A stretch of DNA of 64,000 bases from Nemertoderma westbladi. Lineage: Eukaryota > Animalia > Xenacoelomorpha. The DNA lies in contig JAUCBJ010009115.1 of the NCBI GenBank assembly GCA_032718475.1, positions 41,087-105,086 of the forward strand. The letters run 5' to 3'. Below are positions 23,201 through 38,200 of this stretch, in pieces (position 1 is the first letter of the stretch; each line of letters begins with the position of its first letter). The position numbers and the translations under genes were made by a program. Below the pieces are notes generated by a model. The model worked only from the letters and a program-made list of their open reading frames with translations, made no database searches and was not told where the DNA came from.

Positions 23201-26200
23201 CAAGAAATAACAGATACAATACCAGCAGAAACTGATGTAAGTATACAAGAAATAACAGATACAATAACAGCAGACCCTGATGTAAGTATACAAGAAATAA
23301 CAGATACAATACCAGCAGACCCTGATGTAAGTATACAAGAAATAACAGATATAATAACAGCAGACCCTGATGTAAGTATACAAGAAATAACAGATACAAT
23401 ACCAGCAGACCCTGATGTAAGTATACAAGAAATAACAGATATAATAACAGCAGACCCTGATGTAAGTATACAAGAAATAACAGATACAATACCAGCAGAC
23501 CCTGATGTAAGTATACAAGAAATAACAGATACAATACCAGCAGACCCTGATGTAAGTATACAAGAAATAACAGATACAATACCGGCAGACCCTGATGTAA
23601 GTATACAAGAAATAACAGATACAATAACAGCAGACCCTGATGTAAGTATACAAGAAATAACAGATACAATACCGGCAGACCCTGATGTAAGTATACAAGA
23701 AATAACAGATACAATAACAGCAGACCCTGATGTAAGTATACAAGAAATAACAGATACAATACCGGCAGACCCTGATGTAAGTATACAAGAAATAACAGAT
23801 ACAATAACAGCAGACCCTGATTTAAGTATACAAGAAATAACAGATACAATACCAGCAGACCCTGATGTAAGTATACAAGAAATAACAGATACAATTCCAG
23901 CAGAAACTGATGTAAGTATACAAGAAATAACAGATACAATAACAGCAGACCCTGATGTAAGTATACAAGAAATAACAGATACAATACCAGCAGACCCTGA
24001 TGTAAGTATACAAGAAATAACAGATACAATACCAGCTGAAACTGATGTAAGTATACAAGAAATAACAGATACAATAACAGCAGACCCTGATGTAAGTATA
24101 CAAGAAATAACAGATACAATACCGGCAGACCCTGATGTAAGTATACAAGAAATAACAGATATAATAACAGCAGACCCTGATGTAAGTATACAAGAAATAA
24201 CAGATACAATACCGGCAGACCCTGATGTAAGTATACAAGAAATAACAGATACAATACCAGCAGACCCTGATGTAAGTATACAAGAAATAACAGATATAAT
24301 AACAGCAGACCCTGATGTAAGTATACAAGAAATAACAGATATAATAACAGCAGACCCTGATGTAAGTATACAAGAAATAAAAAATACAATAACAGCAGAC
24401 CCTGATGTAAGTATACAAGAAATAACAGATACAATACCAGCAGAAACTGATGTAAGTATACAAGAAATAACAGATACAATAACAGCAGACCCTGATGTAA
24501 GTATACAAGAAATAACAGATACAATACCAGCAGACCCTGATGTAAGTATACAAGAAATAACAGATATAATAACAGCAGACCCTGATGTAAGTATACAAGA
24601 AATAACAGATACAATAACAGCAGACCCTGATGTAAGTATACAAGAAATAACAGATACAATAACAGCAGACCCTGATGTAAGTATACAAGAAATAACAGAT
24701 ACAATAACAGCAGACCCTGATGTAAGTATACAAGAAATAACAGATACAATACCGGCAGACCCTGATGAAAGTATACAAGAAATAACAGATACAATAACAG
24801 CAGACCCTGATGTAAGTATACAAGAAATAACAGATATAATAACAGCAGACCCTGATGTAAGTATACAAGAAATAACAAATACAATAACAGCAGACCCTGA
24901 TGTAAGTATACAAGAAATAACAGATACAATACCGGCAGACCCTGATGTAAGTATACAAGAAATAACGGATACAATACCGGCAGACCCTGATGTAAGTATA
25001 CAAGAAATAACAGATACAATACCGGCAGACCCTGATGTAAGTATACAAGAAATAACAGATACAATACCAGCAGACCTTGATGTAAGTATACAAGAAATAA
25101 CAGATACAATAACAGCAGACCCTGATGTAAGTATACAAGAAATAACAGATACAATAACAGCAGACCCTGATGTAAGTATACAAGAAATAACAGATACAAT
25201 ACCAGCAGACCCTGATGTAAGTATACAAGAAATAACAGATACAATACCGGCAGACCCTGATGTAAGTATACAAGAAATAACGGATACAATACCGGCAGAC
25301 CCTGATGTAAGTATACAAGAAATAACAGATACAATAACAGCAGACCCTGATGTAAGTATACAAGAAATAACAGATACAATACCAGCAGAAACTGATGTAA
25401 GTATACAAGAAATAACACATACAATAACAGCAGACCCTGATGTAAGTATACAAGAAATAACAGATACAATACCAGCAGACCCTGATGTAAGTATACAAGA
25501 AATAACAGATACAATAACAGCAGACCCTGATGTAAGTATACAAGAAATAACAGATACAATACCAGCAGACCCTGATGTAAGTATACAAGAAATAACAGAT
25601 ACAATAACAGCAGACCCTGATGTAAGTATACAAGAAATAACAGATATAATAACAGCAGACCCTGATGTAAGTATACAAGAAATAAAAGATACAATAACAG
25701 CAGACCCTGATGTAAGTATACAAGAAATAACAGATACAATACCAGCAGACCCTGATGTAAGTATACAAGAAATAACAGATACAATTCCAGCAGAAACTGA
25801 TGTAAGTATACAAGAAATAACAGATACAATAACAGCAGACCCTGATGTAAGTATACAAGAAATAACAGATACAATACCAGCAGACCCTGATGTAAGTATA
25901 CAAGAAATAACAGATACAATACCAGCAGAAACTGATGTAAGTATACAAGAAATAACAGATACAATAACAGCAGACCCTGATGTAAGTATACAAGAAATAA
26001 CAGATACAATACCAGCAGACCCTGATGTAAGTATACAAGAAATAACAGATATAATAACAGCAGACCCTGATGTAAGTATACAAGAAATAACAGATACAAT
26101 ACCAGCAGACCCTGATGTAAGTATACAAGAAATAACAGATATAATAACAGCAGACCCTGATGTAAGTATACAAGAAATAACAGATACAATACCAGCAGAC

Positions 26201-29200
26201 CCTGATGTAAGTATACAAGAAATAACAGATACAATACCAGCAGACCCTGATGTAAGTATACAAGAAATAACAGATACAATACCGGCAGACCCTGATGTAA
26301 GTATACAAGAAATAACAGATACAATAACAGCAGACCCTGATGTAAGTATACAAGAAATAACAGATACAATACCGGCAGACCCTGATGTAAGTATACAAGA
26401 AATAACAGATACAATAACAGCAGACCCTGATGTAAGTATACAAGAAATAACAGATACAATACCGGCAGACCCTGATGTAAGTATACAAGAAATAACAGAT
26501 ACAATAACAGCAGACCCTGATTTAAGTATACAAGAAATAACAGATACAATACCAGCAGACCCTGATGTAAGTATACAAGAAATAACAGATACAATTCCAG
26601 CAGAAACTGATGTAAGTATACAAGAAATAACAGATACAATAACAGCAGACCCTGATGTAAGTATACAAGAAATAACAGATACAGTACCAGCAGACCCTGA
26701 TGTAAGTATACAAGAAATAACAGATACAATACCAGCTGAAACTGATGTAAGTATACAAGAAATAACAGATACAATAACAGCAGACCCTGATGTAAGTATA
26801 CAAGAAATAACAGATACAATACCGGCAGACCCTGATGTAAGTATACAAGAAATAACAGATATAATAACAGCAGACCCTGATGTAAGTATACAAGAAATAA
26901 CAGATACAATACCGGCAGACCCTGATGTAAGTATACAAGAAATAACAGATACAATACCAGCAGACCCTGATGTAAGTATACAAGAAATAACAGATATAAT
27001 AACAGCAGACCCTGATGTAAGTATACAAGAAATAACAGATATAATAACAGCAGACCCTGATGTAAGTATACAAGAAATAAAAAATACAATAACAGCAGAC
27101 CCTGATGTAAGTATACAAGAAATAACAGATACAATACCAGCAGAAACTGATGTAAGTATACAAGAAATAACAGATACAATAACAGCAGACCCTGATGTAA
27201 GTATACAAGAAATAACAGATACAATACCAGCAGACCCTGATGTAAGTATACAAGAAATAACAGATATAATAACAGCAGACCCTGATGTAAGTATACAAGA
27301 AATAACAGATACAATAACAGCAGACCCTGATGTAAGTATACAAGAAATAACAGATACAATAACAGCAGACCCTGATGTAAGTATACAAGAAATAACAGAT
27401 ACAATAACAGCAGACCCTGATGTAAGTATACAAGAAATAACAGATACAATACCGGCAGACCCTGATGTAAGTATACAAGAAATAACAGATACAATAACAG
27501 CAGACCCTGATGTAAGTATACAAGAAATAACAGATACAATACCAGCAGACCCTGATGTAAGTATACAAGAAATAACAAATACAATAACAGCAGACCCTGA
27601 TGTAAGTATACAAGAAATAACAGATACAATACCAGCAGAAACTGATGTAAGTATACAAAAAATAACAGATACAATAACAGCAGACCCTGATGTATGTATA
27701 CAAGAAATAACAGATACAATACCAGCAGACCCTGATGTAAGTATACAAGAAATAACAGATACAATACCGGCAGACCCTGATGTAAGTATACAAGAAATAA
27801 CAGATACAATACCAGCAGACCCTGATGTAAGTATACAAGAAATAACAGATACAATACCAGCAGACCCTGATGTAAGTATACAAGAAATAACAGATACAAT
27901 ACCGGCAGACCCTGATGTAAGTATACAAGAAATAACAGATACAATACCAGCAGACCCTGATGTAAGTATACAAGAAATAACAGATACAATACCAGCAGAC
28001 CATGATGTAAGTATACAAGAAATAACAGATACAATAACAGCAGACCCTGATGTAAGTATACAAGAAATAACAGATACAATTCCAGCAGACCTTGATGTAA
28101 GTATACAAGAAATAACAGATACAATACCAGCAGACCTTGATGTAAGTATACAAGAAATAACAGATACAATAACAGCAGACCCTGATGTAAGTATACAAGA
28201 AATAACAGATACAATACCAGCAGACCCTGATGTAAGTATACAAGAAATAACAGATACAATACCGGCAGACCCTGATGTAAGTATACAAGAAATAACGGAT
28301 ACAATACCGGCAGACCCTGATGTAAGTATACAAGAAATAACAGATACAATACCGGCAGACCCTGATGTAAGTATACAAGAAATAACAGATACAATACCAG
28401 CAGACCTTGATGTAAGTATACAAGAAATAACAGATACAATAACAGCAGACCCTGATGTAAGTATACAAGAAATAACAGATACAATAACAGCAGACCCTGA
28501 TGTAAGTATACAAGAAATAACAGATACAATACCAGCAGACCCTGATGTAAGTATACAAGAAATAACAGATACAATACCGGCAGACCCTGATGTAAGTATA
28601 CAAGAAATAACGGATACAATACCGGCAGACCCTGATGTAAGTATACAAGAAATAACAGATACAATACCGGCAGACCCTGATGTAAGTATACAAGAAATAA
28701 CAGATACAATAACAGCAGACCCTGATGTAAGTATACAAGAAATAACAGATACAATACCGGCAGACCCTGATGAAAGTATACAAGAAATAACAGATACAAT
28801 ACCGGCAGACCCTGATGAAAGTATACAAGAAATAACAGACACAATACCGGCAGACCCTGATGTAAGTATACAAGAAATAACAGCAGACCCTGATGTAAGT
28901 ATACAAGAAATAACAGATTACCAGCAGACCCTGATGTAAGTATACAAGAAATAACAGATACAATACCGGCAGACCCTGATGTAAGTATACAAGAAATAAC
29001 AGATACAATACCGGCAGACCCTGATGTAAGTATACAAGAAATAACAGATACAATACCAGCAGACCTTGATGTAAGTATACAAGAAATAACAGATACAATA
29101 ACAGCAGACCCTGATGTAAGTATACGAGAAATAACAGATACAATAACAGCAGACCCTGATGTAAGTATACAAGAAATAACAGATACAATACCAGCAGACC

Positions 29201-32200
29201 CTGATGTAAGTATACAAGAAATAACAGATACAATACCGGCAGACCCTGATGTAAGTATACAAGAAATAACGGATACAATACCGGCAGACCCTGATGTAAG
29301 TATACAAGAAATAACAGATACAATACCGGCAGACCCTGATGTAAGTATACAAGAAATAACAGATACAATAACAGCAGACCCTGATGTAAGTATACAAGAA
29401 ATAACAGATACAATACCGGCAGACCCTGATGAAAGTATACAAGAAATAACAGATACAATACCGGCAGACCCTGATGAAAGTATACAAGAAATAACAGACA
29501 CAATACCGGCAGACCCTGATGTAAGTATACAAGAAATAACAGCAGACCCTGATGTAAGTATACAAGAAATAACAGATTACCAGCAGACCCTGATGTAAGT
29601 ATACAAGAAATAACAGATACAATACCGGCAGACCCTGATGTAAGTATACAAGAAATAACAGATACAATAACAGCAGACCCTGATGTAAGTATACAAGAAA
29701 TAACAGATTACCAGCAGACCCTGATGTAAGTATACAAGAAATAACAGATACAATACCGGCAGACCCTGATGTAAGTATACAAGAAATAACAGACACAATA
29801 CCGGCAGACCCTGATGTAAGTATACAAGAAATAACAGATACAATAACAGCAGACCCTGATGTAAGTATACAAGAAATAACAGATTACCAGCAGACCCTGA
29901 TGTAAGTATACAAGAAATAACAGATACAATAACAGCAGACCCTGATGTAAGTATACAAGAAATAACAGATACAATACCAGCAGAAACTGATGTAAGTATA
30001 CAAGAAATAACACATACAATAACAGCAGACCCTGATGTAAGTATACAAGAAATAACAGATACAATACCAGCAGACCCTGATGTAAGTATACAAGAAATAA
30101 CAGATACAATAACAGCAGACCCTGATGTAAGTATACAAGAAATAACAGATACAATACCAGCAGACCCTGATGTAAGTATACAAGAAATAACAGATACAAT
30201 AACAGCAGACCCTGATGTAAGTATACAAGAAATAACAGATATAATAACAGCAGACCCTGATGTAAGTATACAAGAAATAAAAGATACAATAACAGCAGAC
30301 CCTGATGTAAGTATACAAGAAATAACAGATACAATACCAGCAGACCCTGATGTAAGTATACAAGAAATAACAGATACAATTCCAGCAGAAACTGATGTAA
30401 GTATACAAGAAATAACAGATACAATAACAGCAGACCCTGATGTAAGTATACAAGAAATAACAGATACAATACCAGCAGACCCTGATGTAAGTATACAAGA
30501 AATAACATATACAATACCAGCAGAAACTGATGTAAGTATACAAGAAATAACAGATACAATAACAGCAGACCCTGATGTAAGTATACAAGAAATAACAGAT
30601 ACAATACCAGCAGACCCTGATGTAAGTATACAAGAAATAACAGATATAATAACAGCAGACCCTGATGTAAGTATACAAGAAATAACAGATACAATACCAG
30701 CAGACCCTGATGTAAGTATACAAGAAATAACAGATATAATAACTGCAGACCCTGATGTAAGTATACAAGAAATAACAGATACAATACCAGCAGACCCTGA
30801 TGTAAGTATACAAGAAATAACAGATACAATACCAGCAGACCCTGATGTAAGTATACAAGAAATAACAGATACAATACCGGCAGACCCTGATGTAAGTATA
30901 CAAGAAATAACAGATACAATAACAGCAGACCCTGATGTAAGTATACAAGAAATAACAGATACAATACCGGCAGACCCTGATGTAAGTATACAAGAAATAA
31001 CAGATACAATAACAGCAGACCCTGATGTAAGTATACAAGAAATAACAGATACAATACCGGCAGACCCTGATGTAAGTATACAAGAAATAACAGATACAAT
31101 AACAGCAGACCCTGATTTAAGTATACAAGAAATAACAGATACAATACCAGCAGACCCTGATGTAAGTATACAAGAAATAACAGATACAATTCCAGCAGAA
31201 ACTGATGTAAGTATACAAGAAATAACAGATACAATAACAGCAGACCCTGATGTAAGTATACAAGAAATAACAGATACAATACCAGCAGACCCTGATGTAA
31301 GTATACAAGAAATAACAGATACAATACCAGCTGAAACTGATGTAAGTATACAAGAAAAAACAGATACTATAACAGCAGACCCTGATGTAAGTATACAAGA
31401 AATAACAGATACAATACCGGCAGACCCTGATGTAAGTATACAAGAAATAACAGATATAATAACAGCAGACCCTGATGTAAGTATACAAGAAATAACAGAT
31501 ACAATACCGGCAGACCCTGATGTAAGTATACAAGAAATAACAGATACAATACCAGCAGACCCTGATGTAAGTATACAAGAAATAACAGATATAATAACAG
31601 CAGACCCTGATGTAAGTATACAAGAAATAACAGATATAATAACAGCAGACCCTGATGTAAGTATACAAGAAATAAAAAATACAATAACAGCAGACCCTGA
31701 TGTAAGTATACAAGAAATAACAGATACAATACCAGCAGAAACTGATGTAAGTATACAAGAAATAACAGATACAATAACAGCAGACCCTGATGTAAGTATA
31801 CAAGAAATAACAGATACAATACCAGCAGACCCTGATGTAAGTATACAAGAAATAACAGATATAATAACAGCAGACCCTGATGTAAGTATACAAGAAATAA
31901 CATATACAATAACAGCAGACCCTGATGTAAGTATACAAGAAATAACAGATACAATAACAGCAGACCCTGATGTAAGTATACAAGAAATAACAGATACAAT
32001 AACAGCAGACCCTGATGTAAGTATACAAGAAATAACAGATACAATACCGGCAGACCCTGATGTAAGTATACAAGAAATAACAGATACAATAACAGCAGAC
32101 CCTGATTTAAGTATACAAGAAATAACAGATACAATACCAGCAGACCCTGATGTAAGTATACAAGAAATAACAAATACAATAACAGCAGACCCTGATGTAA

Positions 32201-35200
32201 GTATACAAGAAATAACAGATACAATACCAGCAGAAACTGATGTAAGTATAAAAAAAATAACAGATACAATAACAGCAGACCCTGATGTATGTATACAAGA
32301 AATAACAGATACAATACCAGCAGACCCTGATGTAAGTATACAAGAAATAACAGATACAATACCGGCAGACCCTGATGTAAGTATACAAGAAATAACAGAT
32401 ACAATACCAGCAGACCCTGATGTAAGTATACAAGAAATAACAGATACAATACCAGCAGACCCTGATGTAAGTATACAAGAAATAACAGATACAATACCGG
32501 CAGACCCTGATGTAAGTATACAAGAAATAACAGATACAATACCAGCAGACCCTGATGTAAGTATACAAGAAATAACAGATACAATACCAGCAGACCATGA
32601 TGTAAGTATACAAGAAATAACAGATACAATAACAGCAGACCCTGATGTAAGTATACAAGAAATAACAGATACAATTCCAGCAGACCTTGATGTAAGTATA
32701 CAAGAAATAACAGATACAATACCGGCAGACCCTGATGTAAGTATACAAGAAATAACAGATATAATAACAGCAGACCCTGATGTAAGTATACAAGAAATAA
32801 AAGATACAATTCCAGCAGACCCTGATGTAAGTATAAAAGAAATAGCAGATACAATAACAGCAGACCCTGATGTAAGTATACAAGAAATAACAGATACAAT
32901 ACCGGCAGACCCTGATGTAAGTATACAAGAAATAACAGATACAATAACAGCAGACCCTGATGTAAGTATACAAGAAATAACGGATACAATACCAGAAGAC
33001 GCTGATGTAAGTATACAAGAAATAACAGATACAATAACAGCAGACCCTGATGTAAGTATACAAGAAATAACAGATACAATAACAGCAGACCCTGATGTAA
33101 GTATACAAGAAATAACAGATACAAATCCAGCAGACCTTGATGTAAGTATACAAGAAATAACAGATACAATTCCAGCAGACCCTGATGTAAGTATACAAGA
33201 AATAACAGATACAATACCAGCAGAAACTGATGTAAGTATACAAGAAATAACAGATACAATAACAGCAGACCCTGATGTAAGTATACAAGAAATAACAGAT
33301 ACAATACCGGCAGACCCTGATGTAAGTATACAAGAAATAACAGATACAATAACAGCAGACCCTGATGTAAGTATACAAGAAATAACAGATACAATAACAG
33401 CAGACCCTGATGTAAGTATACAAGAAATAACAGATACAATAACAGCAGACCCTGATGTAAGTATACAAGAAATAACAGATACAATAACAGCAGACCCTGA
33501 TGTAAGTATACAAGAAATAACAGATACAATAACAGCAGACCCTGATGTAAGTATACAAGAAATAACAGATATAATAACAGCAGACCCTGATGTAAGTATA
33601 CAAGAAATAACAGATACAATACCGGCAGACCCTGATGTAAGTATACAAGAAATAACAGATACAATTCCAGCAGACCTTGATGTAAGTATACAAGAAATAA
33701 CAGAAACAATTCCAGCAGACCCTGATGTAAGTATACAAGAAATAACAGAAACAATAACAGCAGACCCTGATGTAAGTATACAAGAAATAACAGATACAAT
33801 TCCAGCAGACCTTGATGTAAGTATACAAGAAATAACAGAAACAATAACAGCAGACCCTGATGTAAGTATACAAGAAATAACAGATACAATACCGGCAGAC
33901 CCTGATGTAAGTATACAAGAAATAACAGATACAATACCAGCAGACCCTGATGTAAGTATACAAGAAATAACAGATACAATACCAGCAGACCCTGATGTAA
34001 GTATACAAGAAATAACAGATACAATACCGGCAGAACCTGATGTAAGTGTACAAGAAATAACGGATACAATACCGGCAGACCCTGATGTAAGTATACAAGA
34101 AATAACAGATACAATACCAGCAGAAACTGATGTAAGTATACAAGAAATAACAGATACAATAACAGCAGACCCTGATGTAAGTATACAAGAAATAACAGAT
34201 ACAATACCAGCAGACCCTGATGTAAGTATACAAGAAATAACAGATACAATAACAGCAGACCCTGATGTAAGTATACAAGAAATAACAGATACAATACCAG
34301 CAGACCCTGATGTAAGTATACAAGAAATAAAAGATACAATAACAGCAGACCCTGATGTAAGTATACAAGAAATAACAGATACAATAACAGCAGACCCTGA
34401 TGTAAGTATACAAGAAATAACAGATATAATAACAGCAGACCCTGATGTAAGTATACAAGAAATAAAAGATACAATAACAGCAGACCCTGATGTAATTATA
34501 CAAGAAATAACAGATACAATACCAGCAGACCCTGATGTAAGTATACAAGAAATAACAGATACAATTCCAGCAGAAACTGATGTAAGTATACAAGAAATAA
34601 CAGATACAATAACAGCAGACCCTGATGTAAGTATACAAGAAATAACAGATACAATACCAGCAGACCCTGATGTAAGTATACAAGAAATAACAGATACAAT
34701 ACCAGCAGAAACTGATGTAAGTATACAAGAAATAACAGATACAATAACAGCAGACCCTGATGTAAGTATACAAGAAATAACAGATACAATACCAGCAGAC
34801 CCTGATGTAAGTATACAAGAAATAACAGATACAATAACAGCAGACCCTGATGTAAGTATACAAGAAATAACAGATATAATAACAGCAGACCCTGATGTAA
34901 TTATACAAGAAATAACAGATACAATAACAGCAGACCCTGATGTAAGTATACAAGAAATAACAGATACAATAACAGCAGACCCTGATGTAAGTATACAAGA
35001 AATAACAGATACAATTCCAGCAGAAACTGATGTAAGTATACAAGAAATAACAGATACAATAACAGCAGACCCTGATGTAAGTATACAAGAAATAACAGAT
35101 ACAATACCAGCAGACCCTGATGTAAGTATACAAGAAATAACAGATACAATAACAGCAGACCCTGATGTAAGTATACAAGAAATAACAGATATAATAACAG

Positions 35201-38200
35201 CAGACCCTGATGTAAGTATACAAGAAATAAAAGATACAATAACAGCAGACCCTGATGTAAGTATACAAGAAATAACAGATACAATACCAGCAGACCCTGA
35301 TGTAAGTATACAAGAAATAACAGATACAATAACAGCAGACCCTGATGTAAGTATACAAGAAATAACAGATATAATAACAGCAGACCCTGATGTAAGTATA
35401 CAAGAAATAAAAGATACAATAACAGCAGACCCTGATGTAAGTATACAAGAAATAACAGATACAAATCCAGCAGACCTTGATGTAAGTATACAAGAAATAA
35501 CAAATACAATGACAGCAGACCCTGATGTAAGTATACAAGAAATAACAGATACAAATCCAGCAGACCTTGATGTAAGTATACAAGAAATAACAAATACAAT
35601 AACAGCAGACCCTGATGTAAGTATACAAGAAATAACAGATACAATACCAGCAGAAACTGATGTAAGTATAAAAAAAATAACAGATACAATAACAGCAGAC
35701 CCTGATGTATGTATACAAGAAATAACAGATACAATACCAGCAGACCCTGATGTAAGTATACAAGAAATAACAGATACAATACCGGCAGACCCTGATGTAA
35801 GTATACAAGAAATAACAGATACAATAACAGCAGACCCTGATGTAAGTATACAAGAAATAACAAATACAATAACAGCAGACCCTGATGTAAGTATACAAGA
35901 AATAACAGATACAATACCAGCAGACCCTGATGTAAGTATACAAGAAATAACAGATACAATAACAGCAGACCCTGATGTAAGTATACAAGAAATAACAGAT
36001 ACAATAACAGCAGACCCTGATGTAAGTATACAAGAAATAACAGATACAATACCAGCAGACCCTGATGTAAGTATACAAGAAATAACAGATACAATAACAG
36101 CAGACCCTGATGTAAGTATACAAGAAATAACAGATACAATACCGGCAGACCCTGATGTAAGTATACAAGAAATAACAGATACAATAACAGCAGACCCTGA
36201 TGTAAGTATACAAGAAATAACAGATACAATACCGGCAGACCCTGATGTAAGTATACAAGAAATAACAGATACAATACCGGCAGACCCTGATGTAAGTATA
36301 CAAGAAATAACAGATACAATACCGGCAGACCCTGATGTAAGTATACAAGAAATAACAGATACAATACCAGCAGAAACTGATGTAAGTATACAAGAAATAA
36401 CAGATACAATAACAGCAGACCCTGATGTAAGTATACAAGAAATAACAGATACAATACCAGCAGACCCTGATGTAAGTATACAAGAAATAACAGATACAAT
36501 ACCGGCAGACCCTGATGTAAGTATACAAGAAATAACAGATACAATACCGGCAGACCCTGATGTAAGTATACAAGAAATAACAGATACAATAACAGCAGAC
36601 CCTGATGTAACTATACAAGAAATAACAGATACAATACCGGCAGACCCTGATGTAAGTATACAAGAAATAACGGATACAATACCAGCAGACCCTGATGTAA
36701 GTATACAAGAAATAACAGATACAATACCAGCAGACCATGATGTAAGTATACAAGAAATAACAGATACAATAACAGCAGACCCTGATGTAAGTATACAAGA
36801 AATAACAGATACAATACCGGCAGACCCTGATGTAAGTATACAAGAAATAACGGATACAATACCAGCAGACCCTGATGTAAGTATACAAGAAATAACAGAT
36901 ACAATAACAGCAGACCCTGATGTAAGTATACAAGAAATAACAGATACAATTCCAGCAGACCCTGATGTAAGTATACAAGAAATAACAGATACAAATCCAG
37001 CAGACCTTGATGTAAGTATACAAGAAATAACAGATACAATTCCAGCAGACCTTGATGTAAGTATACAAGAAATAACAGATACAATACCGGCAGACCCTGA
37101 TGTAAGTATACAAGAAATAACAGATACAATACCAGCAGACCCTGATGTAAGTATACAAGAAATAACAGATACAATAACAGCAGACCCTGATGTAAGTATA
37201 CAAGAAATAACATATACAATTCCAGCAGACCCTGATGTAAGTATACAAGAAATAACAGATACAATACCGGCAGACCCTGATGTAAGTATACAAGAAATAA
37301 CAGATACAATACCAGCAGACCCTGATGTAAGTATACAAGAAATAACAGATACAATAACAGCAGACCCTGATGTAAGTATATAAGAAATAACAGATACAAT
37401 ACCGGCAGACCCTGATGTAAGTATACAAGAAATAACAGATACAATACCAGCAGACCCTGATGTAAGTATACAAGAAATAACAGATACAATAACAGCAGAC
37501 CCTGATGTAAGTATACAAGAAATAACAGATACAATACCAGCAGACCCTGATGTAAGTATACAAGAAATAACAGATACAATAACAGCAGACCCTGATGTAA
37601 GTATACAAGAAATAAAAGATACAATACCGGCAGACCCTGATGTAAGTATACAAGAAATAACAGATATAATACCAGCAGACCCTGATGTAAGTATACAAGA
37701 AATAACAGATACAATACCGGCAGACCCTGATGTAAGTATACAAGAAATAACAGATATAATACCAGCAGACCCTGATGTAAGTATACAAGAAATAACAGAT
37801 ACAATACCGGCAGACCCTGATGTAAGTATACAAGAAATAACAGATATAATACCAGCAGACCCTGATGTAAGTATACAAGAAATAACGGATACAATACCGG
37901 CAGACCCTGATGTAAGTATACAAGAAATAACAGATACAATACCGGCAGACCCTGATGTAAGTATACAAGAAATAACAGATACAATACCAGCAGACCCTGA
38001 TGTAAGTATACAAGAAATAACAGATACAATAACAGCAGACCCTGATGTAAGTATACAAGAAATAACAGATACAATACCGGCAGACCCTGATGTAAGTATA
38101 CAAGAAATAACAGATACAATACCAGCAGACCCTGATGTAAGTATACAAGGAATAACAGATACAATACCGGCAGACCCTGATGTAAGTATACAAGAAATAA

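Noticed and set aside
19988-28939. 2983-aa single-exon mucin/adhesin-like gene as given in the ORF track
   Set aside because: The ATG at 19988 lies in the acceptor region upstream of AG 19996-19997. The unique part is an internal exon in phase with exon E and a consensus donor follows at 20222. Partial read-through is kept only as a hypothesis in the findings.
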